IMG/VR virus record: IMGVR_UViG_3300045988_011313
Span: 1 to 64,000 of that record
Source of the DNA: a virus
DNA: 64,000 nucleotides
Direction: 5' to 3' (one strand)
Positions 50,920-59,897 of this stretch are shown here, one piece after another. The notes below the pieces were generated by a model that made no database searches, was not told the origin of the DNA, and saw only the letters and a list, made by a program, of their open reading frames with translations. The translations under genes were made by a program, and so were the position numbers. Positions within the stretch are counted from its first letter, which is position 1; each line of letters starts with the position of its first letter.

Positions 50920-51694
50920 AGTAATTATGTGCCTTATGGCATTGTTTACCATGTTGAGTATGTCCTCATGTGGTTATGAGAGAGTAGATGCAGGTTGTGA
51001 GGGTATTAAGGTAAACCTCTATGGCTCTGACAAGGGTGTGGATGATGTATCTTTGGTTACTGGTGCAGTGTGGTATAATCCATTCACTGAGCAAGTATAT
51101 GAGTATCCTACTTATGTACAGACAGTAGATTATCCTGCTTTCACAATTAATGCAAAGGATGGCTCAGAGTTCAGTATTGACCCTACTATTTCATTGAAGA
51201 TTGCTGATGGTAAGTCACCTCAGGTATTCAAGAAGTATAGGAAGGAGCTTGCTGATGTTATCAATGGAACCCTCTTTAATTATGTAAAGGATGCCTTCAG
51301 GATTCAGCTCAATAAGTATACCACTGATGAGATTGTATCAAACAGAGATATGGTAGAGAAAGCTATTGAAGCACATCTTTCTAAAGCATTGCTTAAAGAG
51401 AATTTTCAGTTGGAGCAACTGACTTCAGGATTGAAATATCCTCAGTCTATTGTTGATGCAGTAAATGCAAAGAATGCTGCTATTCAGAAAGCTCAGAAAG
51501 CTCAGAATGAGTTAGCTGTAGTAAAGGCAGAGGCAGAGAAGAAAGTAGTTGCAGCACAGGCTGAAGCAGAGGCTAATAAGCTTAGAACACAGGCTTTGAC
51601 ACCATTGATTCTTAAGCAGCAGTGGATTGAGAAGTGGGATGGTAAGCTCCCTGTATATGGTAGTTTGCCTACATTATTTAAAGGTATAGAATAA
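50909..51694 (+). CDS. SPFH/band-7 (prohibitin/HflC-like) domain lipoprotein (261 aa)
   Basis: Lipobox-like LSMSSC, SPFH-like core (GIKVNLYGSDKGV...VQTVDYPAFTINAKDGSEFSIDPTISLKI) and an Ala/Glu-rich coiled coil (AVVKAEAEKKVVAAQAEAEANKLR). Confidence 0.55.
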   Translation: MKSKVIMCLMALFTMLSMSSCGYERVDAGCEGIKVNLYGSDKGVDDVSLVTGAVWYNPFTEQVYEYPTYVQTVDYPAFTINAKDGSEFSIDPTISLKIADGKSPQVFKKYRKELADVINGTLFNYVKDAFRIQLNKYTTDEIVSNRDMVEKAIEAHLSKALLKENFQLEQLTSGLKYPQSIVDAVNAKNAAIQKAQKAQNELAVVKAEAEKKVVAAQAEAEANKLRTQALTPLILKQQWIEKWDGKLPVYGSLPTLFKGIE

Positions 51695-51696
51695 CT

Positions 51697-52005
51697 ATGG
51701 ATTGTATTATATTTGGTTTAATATCCTTTATAATCCAGGTATATGTACTCAAGCATACTTACTCCTATAGAGTAAAAGGTGATATTCCACTTGATTGGGC
51801 AGAAGCTGAAAAAATAGGTATTCCTTTATGGACAGTACTTATTATGCTTATTACCAGTATCATTCCATTTGTTAATATAGCAGAGACTATTGCGTTTTGG
51901 GCTGTATGGTTGAAATATTGTCTCAATCCTAATACAGGTCCATACTGTAATACTTGGTACACATATTGGAGATTCAAGGATAAATTCTTTTCAAGAAAGA
52001 TATGA
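51697..52005 (+). CDS. membrane protein (102 aa)
   Basis: Three hydrophobic segments. Lies 2 nt after the SPFH gene (an NfeD-like partner is speculation). Confidence 0.45.
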   Translation: MDCIIFGLISFIIQVYVLKHTYSYRVKGDIPLDWAEAEKIGIPLWTVLIMLITSIIPFVNIAETIAFWAVWLKYCLNPNTGPYCNTWYTYWRFKDKFFSRKI

Positions 52006-52526
52006 GAAATAAATGGTTGAAAGCACTTATTGTAGCAGCTACAGTAGTGCCGTGGAGTGTAGTAATTGCATTACTCTTGCAAGTTAAGAGTATAGTCTCT
52101 CAACAGCCAAAGGTTGGAACTGCCCCTGTCATAGAGGTAGCTGATACCATTATTAATGAGCAACCAAAGTTCTTCTTTCAGACCCCTAAGGAGGGTCTGG
52201 AGGAGGCTTTGTCTTATTATGGTTTAAAGCATAAGGATATTGTCTATGCTCAGGCTGTTCTTGAAACAGGGCATTTCAAGTCTAAGGTATGCTTGAAATA
52301 TAATAATCTCTTTGGTCTTTATAATAGTAAAGAAAAGAGATATTGTAAGTTTAAGCATTGGACTGAAAGTGTTGTAGCTTATAAGGAGTGGATTCAAAAG
52401 AAATATCAACCTCCGAATAACTATTATGCTTTTCTTGAGAGTATTAACTATGCAAGTGATAAAGAATATGTAAGTACATTAAAAAGTATTGTAAATAAAG
52501 AGAATGACAAGAGAAGAGATACATGA
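52002..52526 (+). CDS. signal-anchored peptidoglycan hydrolase, glucosaminidase (FlgJ/LytD-like) domain (174 aa)
   Basis: N-terminal TM segment ALIVAATVVPWSVVIALLL, then AQAVLETGHFKSKVCLKYNNLFGL, which resembles the mannosyl-glycoprotein endo-beta-N-acetylglucosaminidase motif. Confidence 0.55.
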   Translation: MRNKWLKALIVAATVVPWSVVIALLLQVKSIVSQQPKVGTAPVIEVADTIINEQPKFFFQTPKEGLEEALSYYGLKHKDIVYAQAVLETGHFKSKVCLKYNNLFGLYNSKEKRYCKFKHWTESVVAYKEWIQKKYQPPNNYYAFLESINYASDKEYVSTLKSIVNKENDKRRDT

Positions 52527-53643
52527 TTTAGCCCTATCTAAGGTAGATAAGGCTAAGTACTTGATACTTGAGTTGATAACTGGAATGGGTAAGACTAAGG
52601 CAGCAATAGACCTCATTAATCATATATGTGATAGGGTATTCAGGAATGATGAAAGCCCTACTACTATACTTATTCTTGTGGCTAAGACTGTGCATAAACA
52701 GACTTGGAAGGATGAGATTGAGAAATGGGGAGGTATTAAGTCTGACTATATTACCATTGAATGCTATGAGTCATTAAAGAACTATGAGAACTCATGCTTT
52801 GATGTAGTGGTGGCAGATGAGATGCAGCATTTGTCAGAAGCAAGAATTGATGTATTGGAGACTATCCATATCAATGAATCTTTCATTGGATTGTCTGCCA
52901 CTATCAAGAGAGATATGAGGGATTATTTTATCCGCAGTCATAAGGCTGAGGTCATTAAATGTGGTCTCAAGGAGGCTGTAGAGGATGAAGTATTGCCTGA
53001 GCCTACAGTATATCTGTTGCCTTTAACCTTGGATAATTCTATATATAAATACAGAACCAAAAGATTTGGTAAGGAGGTTACTACTACTCAGAAAGGCTAT
53101 TATGATAGTGTCTCTTCACTTATAGAGTGGTACAAGAATAAGTACTTTAATTCAAGAAATGAGAGAATAAAGAACTTATGGCTTTCAACAGCAGGCAAAA
53201 GGTTGAAGTGGTGTGCTGAACAGAAGGAAGCTCTTGTATTACATCTTCTTGACAAGTTCAGGAATTACAAGACTTTGACTTTCTGTAGTAGTATTGAGCA
53301 GTCAGAGAGGTTGGGTAAGTATAATATCACCTCAAAGAATAAGGCTTCAGTGAAGAACCTTGAGATGTTTAACCTCAACAAGATTAAGCATATTACTGCC
53401 TGTAACATACTCAATGAAGGTGTGAACTTGACTAATTGTAGGATAGGTATATTCTGCAACTTGAATAGTTCGGAGATTGTAGTAAAGCAAAGAGTTGGTA
53501 GAATACTTAGACATAAATCCCCTATTATTATCATACCTTATTTCAAGGATACAAGAGAAGAAGAACTTGTACAGAAGATGATAGAGGAGTACTCTGAGGA
53601 TTCCATCATTAGTGTTGATAGTATTAATGATATTAAACTATGA
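52504..53643 (+). CDS. SF2 (SNF2/DEAD-like) helicase (379 aa)
   Basis: Walker A TGMGKTKAAI, motif II VVVADEMQHL, motif III GLSAT and C-terminal helicase motif QRVGRILR. Confidence 0.7.
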   Translation: MTREEIHDLALSKVDKAKYLILELITGMGKTKAAIDLINHICDRVFRNDESPTTILILVAKTVHKQTWKDEIEKWGGIKSDYITIECYESLKNYENSCFDVVVADEMQHLSEARIDVLETIHINESFIGLSATIKRDMRDYFIRSHKAEVIKCGLKEAVEDEVLPEPTVYLLPLTLDNSIYKYRTKRFGKEVTTTQKGYYDSVSSLIEWYKNKYFNSRNERIKNLWLSTAGKRLKWCAEQKEALVLHLLDKFRNYKTLTFCSSIEQSERLGKYNITSKNKASVKNLEMFNLNKIKHITACNILNEGVNLTNCRIGIFCNLNSSEIVVKQRVGRILRHKSPIIIIPYFKDTREEELVQKMIEEYSEDSIISVDSINDIKL

Positions 53644-54239
53644 CAATATGTTTAAGTAAAGAAGGGTGTCAGAAGAACAACATTAGTCTTGCTGAGGCTC
53701 TTTTAATGCTTGCCATCCATAATAATGCTGACCTTGATGCAGCTCAAAAGGAGCTAATCAAGAAAGGCTATATAACTGCTAACAGGGATGACCTGTTTCA
53801 GCAGGTTGGATGGAGACTCACTAATAAGGGCACTGAGGCAATAGATTCTGTAATTGTAGATTCTGACAAGAAGCAGGAACCTAATGACAGGTTAGTTCAG
53901 TTGGCTACAAGGCTAAAGGAGATATTTCCTAAGGGCAAGAAAGATGGTACTAATTATTATTGGGCAGATGGAGTAGCTTTGATTGTACGAAGATTAAAGT
54001 TATTCTTCAAAAAGTATGGAAATACTTATACTGATGAGCAAATCATACAGGCAACCAGTAAGTATGTAGAGGGTTTCAATGGAAACTATACGTATATGAG
54101 GTTATTAAAGTATTTCATATTCAAAGAGAAAGTTGGTGCTGCTGGTGAGGTTGAAGGAGACTCAGAATTGATTAGTTATATTGAGAATGCTGGTCAAGAA
54201 GAGAATCTAAGGAATGATTGGACTTCTACAATTAACTGA
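53640..54239 (+). CDS. hypothetical replication-module protein (199 aa)
   Basis: ORF coupled (ATGA) to the SF2 helicase and 2 nt before the DnaB-like gene. A helicase-loader/organiser role would be speculation. Confidence 0.4.
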   Translation: MTICLSKEGCQKNNISLAEALLMLAIHNNADLDAAQKELIKKGYITANRDDLFQQVGWRLTNKGTEAIDSVIVDSDKKQEPNDRLVQLATRLKEIFPKGKKDGTNYYWADGVALIVRRLKLFFKKYGNTYTDEQIIQATSKYVEGFNGNYTYMRLLKYFIFKEKVGAAGEVEGDSELISYIENAGQEENLRNDWTSTIN

Positions 54240-54241
54240 TT

Positions 54242-55453
54242 ATGAGTAGATTTAAACAAGTAATGGGAAATCTAAGGTTAAGGAGAGACAGGGTTCTTAA
54301 TGGACTTTATAACTGTATTCCTTTCCCTTTTCCAAGATTTAGAGCATGGGTCCCAGGCATTGAAACTGCTAAGTTCATAGTGGTAACTGCCAATCAGAAG
54401 GTAGGTAAATCAAAGTTCTGTGATTATCTATTTGTATATGAACCCTTGTTCTTTATATTGGAGCATCCTGAGATGAGAGTAAAGGTTCTCTACTTTACTT
54501 TGGAGATGAGTCCAGAGGAAAAGTATAATGAGTTCTTGTGTCATCTGTTATTCAGACTGGATGGGATAGAGGTGTCTCCTACTGAACTGAAAAGTACAGA
54601 TAGAGACCATCCTATTGATGAGAAGATTCTTGAATTGCTTGAGACTGATAAATATCAGAGGTATATCAAGGCATTTGAGGATATGGTTGAGTATATTGAT
54701 GACCAAAGGAATCCTACAGGAATCAATAAGTACTGTAGGGACTATGCCCTTACTCATGGACATCTTAACTTTAAGAAAGGTAAGAGGAAAGACCCTATCA
54801 CAGATAAAATCATAGATGCAGATGTGGTAGATAGTGACAATCCTTATACCCCAGATGACCCAGAGGAGAGGAGAATAATCATCATAGACAATGCCTCAAA
54901 TCTATCTCTTGAAAGTGGATTGAAGAAGATGGAAACTATTGATAAGATGAGTAAGTATGGTATTACTCTCAGAAATCAATTGAAGTTCATCTTTGTATTG
55001 ATTCAGCATCAAGCACAAGCTCAAGAAGGTATTGAGAACCAAAAACTGAATAAGCTCAAACCATCTTCTGATGGTCTTGCAGATTGTAAGACTACTACCA
55101 GAGATGCCAATATGGTTATAGGTCTCTATAGTCCATTCAAGTATGGACTAAGAGATTATGAGGGATATGATATAACTAAGTTCAAGAATCATATAAGGTT
55201 CATGGAGGTAATTGAAGATAGAGACTATGGAGCAAATGGTAAAATCTGCCCTTTATTCTTTGATGGTGCAGTGAGTACATTTTATGAGCTTCCAAGACCT
55301 GAGGATAAGAAAGCACTACAAAGAGTATATGACTATATGGAATCAAGGAATAGCAAAACTGCTAAGACTTTCTTTAGTTATGGAATAAATAAAATGAATA
55401 AAGAGTTGCACAGGTGGAGAATATTTCGTAAATTTGCAGCCCTTTTCAAGTAA
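54242..55453 (+). CDS. DnaB-like / RecA-fold replicative helicase (403 aa)
   Basis: Walker A ANQKVGKSKF and Walker B RRIIIIDNASNL. The RecA-like core is followed by QHQAQAQEG. Replication-module context. Confidence 0.55.
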   Translation: MSRFKQVMGNLRLRRDRVLNGLYNCIPFPFPRFRAWVPGIETAKFIVVTANQKVGKSKFCDYLFVYEPLFFILEHPEMRVKVLYFTLEMSPEEKYNEFLCHLLFRLDGIEVSPTELKSTDRDHPIDEKILELLETDKYQRYIKAFEDMVEYIDDQRNPTGINKYCRDYALTHGHLNFKKGKRKDPITDKIIDADVVDSDNPYTPDDPEERRIIIIDNASNLSLESGLKKMETIDKMSKYGITLRNQLKFIFVLIQHQAQAQEGIENQKLNKLKPSSDGLADCKTTTRDANMVIGLYSPFKYGLRDYEGYDITKFKNHIRFMEVIEDRDYGANGKICPLFFDGAVSTFYELPRPEDKKALQRVYDYMESRNSKTAKTFFSYGINKMNKELHRWRIFRKFAALFK

Positions 55454-55482
55454 AAGTAACATTATAAAACAAAAAAAAAACA

Positions 55483-56253
55483 ATGGCAAAGATTTTAATT
55501 TTGGCTAAGTCAGGCTTTGGAAAAACCACTTCCTACTGTGGTAGGGAGAAGTTAGGCATCAAAGGTCTTGACCCAAAGGAAACTTATGTTATCCAGTGTA
55601 TTGGTAGGGGTGTTCCTAACCCTAACTTTAAACTGATTGAGGGTAGCATTGGAGTAGAGAACGCAGGCAAGCCTACACAGAAACTTACAAATGCAAATGC
55701 CCTTGGCACAGGTAATAGAGTGCAGGTAGATGGTCTCACAGGTCTTGACAGATTTGCAGCAGTAGCAGAGATTATCAATATGCTGAAGAAGTCTCCTTTC
55801 AAGAATATTGTGATTGATGATTTCAATTATCTTGCACAGGATTTCTATATGGCAAATGCTATGAAAGGTGGATGGGATACTCCTAAGCAGATTGGATATG
55901 GAATGGGTCTTATCTTTGATGCCTTTAAGGGACTCCCTGAGAACAAAAATATCATCTGCTGTGCCCATTATGAGGAGTATAAGGATAAGAATGGTGATTC
56001 CATTTCCTATAAGTTCAAGACCACTGGAAAGATGGTGGATGATTACATCACACCAGAAGGTAAGTTTGATATTATCCTCTTTGGCAAGGTAGGGTATGAT
56101 GCAGAAAACAAGAGACCTATCAAGCACTTTGTCAAGGAGTTTGATGGAGAATATCCTGCTAAAGACAGTCTTGGTGCATTGGATGACCTTCCTGATGAGA
56201 TTCCTAATGATTTGTCTATAGTAGTAGACAAATTGAGGGAGATTTATGGATAG
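55483..56253 (+). CDS. RecA-fold P-loop ATPase (AAA_24/Sak4-like), 256 aa
   Basis: Walker A ILAKSGFGKTTS and Walker B NIVIDDFNYL. The 254-aa antisense track ORF was rejected. Confidence 0.55.
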   Translation: MAKILILAKSGFGKTTSYCGREKLGIKGLDPKETYVIQCIGRGVPNPNFKLIEGSIGVENAGKPTQKLTNANALGTGNRVQVDGLTGLDRFAAVAEIINMLKKSPFKNIVIDDFNYLAQDFYMANAMKGGWDTPKQIGYGMGLIFDAFKGLPENKNIICCAHYEEYKDKNGDSISYKFKTTGKMVDDYITPEGKFDIILFGKVGYDAENKRPIKHFVKEFDGEYPAKDSLGALDDLPDEIPNDLSIVVDKLREIYG

Positions 56254-56533
56254 AAATGAGACTGTGAGAATATTAAGGTTAGCTACCTTTGGTGGACTTA
56301 CTGAAAGTGATGCCAATATGATACTTATGCAGTATTGTATAGAGCATGGGAAACCATATTATGAAACTGCTATGTTTGTGATGAATGTGCTGAAAAGTAA
56401 ACAGCTATTAGTACATTGTCTCAACATAGCATTAAGTTTCTACGAGAGAAAGTTCACAGTATATAAGCTATGGAGTGCTCCCAATCCATTAAATAACAGG
56501 GGGCAAGAAAGAAAGTTATTACAAATCTTTTAA
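56246..56533 (+). CDS. hypothetical protein (95 aa)
   Basis: ORF overlapping the ATPase stop by 8 nt. Confidence 0.45.
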   Translation: MDRNETVRILRLATFGGLTESDANMILMQYCIEHGKPYYETAMFVMNVLKSKQLLVHCLNIALSFYERKFTVYKLWSAPNPLNNRGQERKLLQIF

Positions 56534-56544
56534 TATAAGAAAAT

Positions 56545-57030
56545 ATGAAGACATTAACAGTAAGACAGTTTGCAGGTGTAAAGAGAATTGCACAGAATGT
56601 TAATCCTTTGGTAGTAAAGAAGAATAAGATTGCTGCCAAGATTAATGAACTTAATGCAGAGTATAATGCCCTGACTGAGGAAATTGAGGGACATGAGATG
56701 GGTGTCAAGGCTTTGACAGGTGGTCTCACAAGTGAAGACTTGGTTGTCAAGAAGGTAGAAGATACTGGTAAGGTTGGTAAGGATGGTAAGCCTATAAAGG
56801 TTACTAAGTATGAACCTAAGGCTGATACAGTAGTATTCAATGAAGAGGCTAATGTGTATGAGATTCATATAGAGGAGCCTGAGGTTGAAGATGTTGCTCC
56901 TGAGACAGTAGATGATACTGAGATGGCACCTGAGACAGAAGTAAAGGCTGGTGAAGAGTCTTCTTTTGACCCTACTAATCCATTTAACAATGGTGCAGAA
57001 GCCAGTGACAAACTGCCCCTTGGAGAGTAA
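56545..57030 (+). CDS. hypothetical protein with acidic C-terminal half (161 aa)
   Basis: ORF on the plus strand with EEPEVEDVAPETVDDTEMAPETE. Confidence 0.45.
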   Translation: MKTLTVRQFAGVKRIAQNVNPLVVKKNKIAAKINELNAEYNALTEEIEGHEMGVKALTGGLTSEDLVVKKVEDTGKVGKDGKPIKVTKYEPKADTVVFNEEANVYEIHIEEPEVEDVAPETVDDTEMAPETEVKAGEESSFDPTNPFNNGAEASDKLPLGE

Positions 57031-57077
57031 TCAGAGTAGTAAGAAGTAGAATCAAGAACAAGAAAAATCATTAGAAA

Positions 57078-58034
57078 ATGAAGAAGACAAATTTTGCATT
57101 TATGGCATTTGCTGCTGGTAAAGTATCTACTGAAGGCAATGCAGTAAAGAGATATACAGGTGTAGCTCCTGTATTTGTTTTGGCTGTAAACCCTAACAAA
57201 GCAGAGCTTGAGAAGTTGTATGATACCCAACTTGAAAATGACCCTGAATATCTGGGTGAAGTTGAGGTAGGTGAGGACAAGCACAAGGTACAGAGTGTCA
57301 GACTTGACTTCATTGTTAAGACTGATGCTGAGAAGTGTGGTGGTATTGAGTTTACTACCAAAATAGCTTTCTTCATCAGAAAGGAATACAGATACAATAA
57401 AGACCATACTAAGGTACAGGTAATTGATAAGTATGGTAGAACTGCTTGGGTTACTATAGAGCAGGCTAAGGCACATGAAATTCCTGTATATAAGAATGGT
57501 CCTGCCAATATTGATAAGGGCTATAGACCTGCTTATCAAGGAGAGGAAGAGCTTACTAACTTCATCAAGGCATACCTCAACATTCCTAATGTAATGAAGT
57601 ATGTCAATAATACTTGGGTTATGGTAGACAAACCTGAGGACTGTGAAGCAAGACTTGAGAGCATTGATGAGTACTTCAAGGGCAATTTCAAGGAGCTGAG
57701 AGATGTTATTGCATTGCAGCCTAATAACAAGGTTAAGGTATTGTTTGGTGTAAGAACCACTGATGATAACAAGCAGTATCAGGCTGTTTATAATCAGATG
57801 TTCTTGAAGAACAATATCACTGACTATAGTAAGTTGGATGCAGACTTGCAGGAAAGAAAGGCTGCTGGTTCATATCCTACTACTGAGTTTACTGTAGGTG
57901 ATAAGGTTACTGTAGGGAACTTGAAGGAGTATAATGTAGAATCTACAGACCTCAGCAGCTCTGGTGCATCAGGTGATGTACCTTTCCCTCCTGGCAATGC
58001 TGATGGAGGTACACCTTGGAATTTTGGTAAGTAG
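57078..58034 (+). CDS. hypothetical replication-module protein (318 aa), ssDNA-binding protein candidate
   Basis: Position is between the recombination-type ATPase and the primase. No diagnostic motif seen. Two long antisense track ORFs were rejected. Confidence 0.3.
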   Translation: MKKTNFAFMAFAAGKVSTEGNAVKRYTGVAPVFVLAVNPNKAELEKLYDTQLENDPEYLGEVEVGEDKHKVQSVRLDFIVKTDAEKCGGIEFTTKIAFFIRKEYRYNKDHTKVQVIDKYGRTAWVTIEQAKAHEIPVYKNGPANIDKGYRPAYQGEEELTNFIKAYLNIPNVMKYVNNTWVMVDKPEDCEARLESIDEYFKGNFKELRDVIALQPNNKVKVLFGVRTTDDNKQYQAVYNQMFLKNNITDYSKLDADLQERKAAGSYPTTEFTVGDKVTVGNLKEYNVESTDLSSSGASGDVPFPPGNADGGTPWNFGK

Positions 58035-58051
58035 TAATTAAAAAAAAACAA

Positions 58052-59092
58052 ATGGCATTCAGCAAAGGTAAATCTTCTGTGAGCCTTGATGATATTCTAA
58101 GTAAAGTGACAGAGGCAGACATCCTGTCACATTACTTGGGAGTCACAGAGGTTCCGTGCATAATCAATAGTCCTCTTAGACAGGATAGGAGACCCTCCTT
58201 TGGTCTTTACTCTTCTGATGGGATAAGGATATTTTATATAGACTTAGCCACAAAGGATAGTGGGGGTCTGTTTGACCTTCTTGGTAAAATGTGGAATTGT
58301 GGTTTTAAGGAGGTCTTAAGTAAAATTAATAATGACATTTCAAAGTTCTGTGGTGGTGCCAGTATTCATTCATACACTCCCTGTGCTGTAAGAAGTACAA
58401 ATAGTTACAACAAAGATACAGACTTGCAGTGCAAAGTCAGAGATTGGAGAGATTATGATATTGAATATTGGGCATCCTATGGTATAACTTTGGAATGGCT
58501 CAAGTATGCAGAGGTTTACCCTATATCTCATAAGATTGTCATAAAAGATGGTCATAGATATGTGTTTGGGGCTGATAAATATGCCTATGCTTATGTAGAA
58601 CACAAGGAAGGTAAGGTTACTCTAAAGATATACCAGCCTTTCAATAAAGCTGGTTATAAGTGGAGTAACAAGCATGACAATTCTGTAGTAAGCTTATGGA
58701 CTAAAGTACCTGAATATGGGGAACAGATTTGCATTTGTTCTTCACTGAAGGATGCCTTATGTCTATGGGCTAACACAGGTATTCCATCTCTTGCCATTCA
58801 AGGTGAGGGGTATAGGATGAGTGATACTGCAATTAGTGAGCTGAAAAGAAGATATAAACAAGTCTTCATTTGCTTGGATAATGATGAGCCAGGATTAAAG
58901 GATGCTCAGAAATTATCTGAAGAAACAGGTTTTACTAATGTAGTATTACCACCCTTTAATGAAGGGAAAGATATTAGTGACTTGATGAAAGCTAAGGGCA
59001 AAGATGAGTTCCTTAGAATAATCAAGCCTTTATTTGACTCTTCAAGACAAGAGGACAATGATTGGAATGATTTGCCCTTTTGTATAGATTAA
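58052..59092 (+). CDS. DNA primase, Toprim-domain (DnaG-like), 346 aa
   Basis: Toprim signature ICICSSLKDALCLW...LAIQGEGY...VFICLDNDEPGLKDAQKL (conserved E, then DxD). Confidence 0.65.
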   Translation: MAFSKGKSSVSLDDILSKVTEADILSHYLGVTEVPCIINSPLRQDRRPSFGLYSSDGIRIFYIDLATKDSGGLFDLLGKMWNCGFKEVLSKINNDISKFCGGASIHSYTPCAVRSTNSYNKDTDLQCKVRDWRDYDIEYWASYGITLEWLKYAEVYPISHKIVIKDGHRYVFGADKYAYAYVEHKEGKVTLKIYQPFNKAGYKWSNKHDNSVVSLWTKVPEYGEQICICSSLKDALCLWANTGIPSLAIQGEGYRMSDTAISELKRRYKQVFICLDNDEPGLKDAQKLSEETGFTNVVLPPFNEGKDISDLMKAKGKDEFLRIIKPLFDSSRQEDNDWNDLPFCID

Positions 59093-59138
59093 AAAAAAAG
59101 TTTCAATAAGTTCAATTTATAAAAAAAAAAGTGAAAAC

Positions 59139-59831
59139 ATGGAAGCAAGAAAAATTACAGTCGTACAGACTAAGAATCAGAAAAAGAGTGTTATTATGTC
59201 AGCAGCCACAACCCTTGCTGAGTTGAAAAGTGACTTGAGAGACAATGGCATTGACTATGATGGTATGACCTTCTTTGAAGGCACATCAAAGGTTGAATTG
59301 AAGAATGATACTTCTGTTCTTCCTCATGATGTTCCTTACAAGGGAACTGTCACCAATGAGTTGGTTTTCATGCTTACTAACACTAACAAGAAAATCAGAA
59401 GTGGTGCTACTACAATGAGCAGAGCTGAGGTATACAGTGCTATCAAATCTATGGGTTTGCAGGATGCTTGTGTAGAGAAGTTTGGCAAGAACTTCACTAT
59501 GTGTAAGACTGCTGACCTTATTGCATTAGTACAGAGCAATGGTGCTTCAAAGCCTGCTCCTGCTACTCCTAAAGCTGAGGCTAAGGCTGAGGCTAAGGTA
59601 GAAGCACCTGCAAGTAGTGATGGTGAGTGTGTTGATACTGTAGCAAGAGCTGCTATTAGTAAGTTGGTGGAAATTCTTGAGGACAATGGCACAATCGAGG
59701 ATTATGAGAAAAAGGAATTGATTGGCATTCTTGGGGGTAAGGTTGCAGTAAGTGCTGAACCTTCTGGGGAGCCTTCTCCTTATTCTGATGATGAGATTGG
59801 TGATATGTTCGCAGAAATGGGTGTCAATTAA
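59139..59831 (+). CDS. fusion protein: N-terminal ubiquitin-like (beta-grasp) candidate domain + HeH-like helices + Ala/Lys/Glu/Pro low complexity + acidic tail (230 aa)
   Basis: Over aa 5-89 the pattern is beta-beta-alpha-beta-beta (ITVVQTK, KSVIMS, TTLAELKSDLRDNGI, MTFFEG, ELVFMLT), ending KKIRSG89. This is followed by PKAEAKAEAKVEAP. Confidence 0.4.
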   Translation: MEARKITVVQTKNQKKSVIMSAATTLAELKSDLRDNGIDYDGMTFFEGTSKVELKNDTSVLPHDVPYKGTVTNELVFMLTNTNKKIRSGATTMSRAEVYSAIKSMGLQDACVEKFGKNFTMCKTADLIALVQSNGASKPAPATPKAEAKAEAKVEAPASSDGECVDTVARAAISKLVEILEDNGTIEDYEKKELIGILGGKVAVSAEPSGEPSPYSDDEIGDMFAEMGVN

Positions 59832-59897
59832 CAAAAGTAAGTAACAGTAGGTAAGGAGGTTAGGAATGCCCCCTTACCTACTTTTTTTTACAGTAAT

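Noticed and set aside
55552-56316. 254-aa minus-strand ORF in the track, plus 55584..55826, 56043..56231, 56454..56840 and 56554..56868.
   Set aside because: They are antisense to well-supported plus-strand genes (P-loop ATPase and neighbours). Their products are Leu/Ile/Ser/Cys-rich low complexity, as expected from the reverse frame of AT-rich coding DNA. They have no start context or promoter motif.
56865-57539. 224-aa and 145-aa minus-strand ORFs (56865..57539, 57071..57508), plus 57536..57772 and 57824..58051.
   Set aside because: They are antisense shadows of the 318-aa plus-strand gene and overlap each other in different frames. Their hydrophobic, Ser/Leu-rich composition is typical of non-coding frames.
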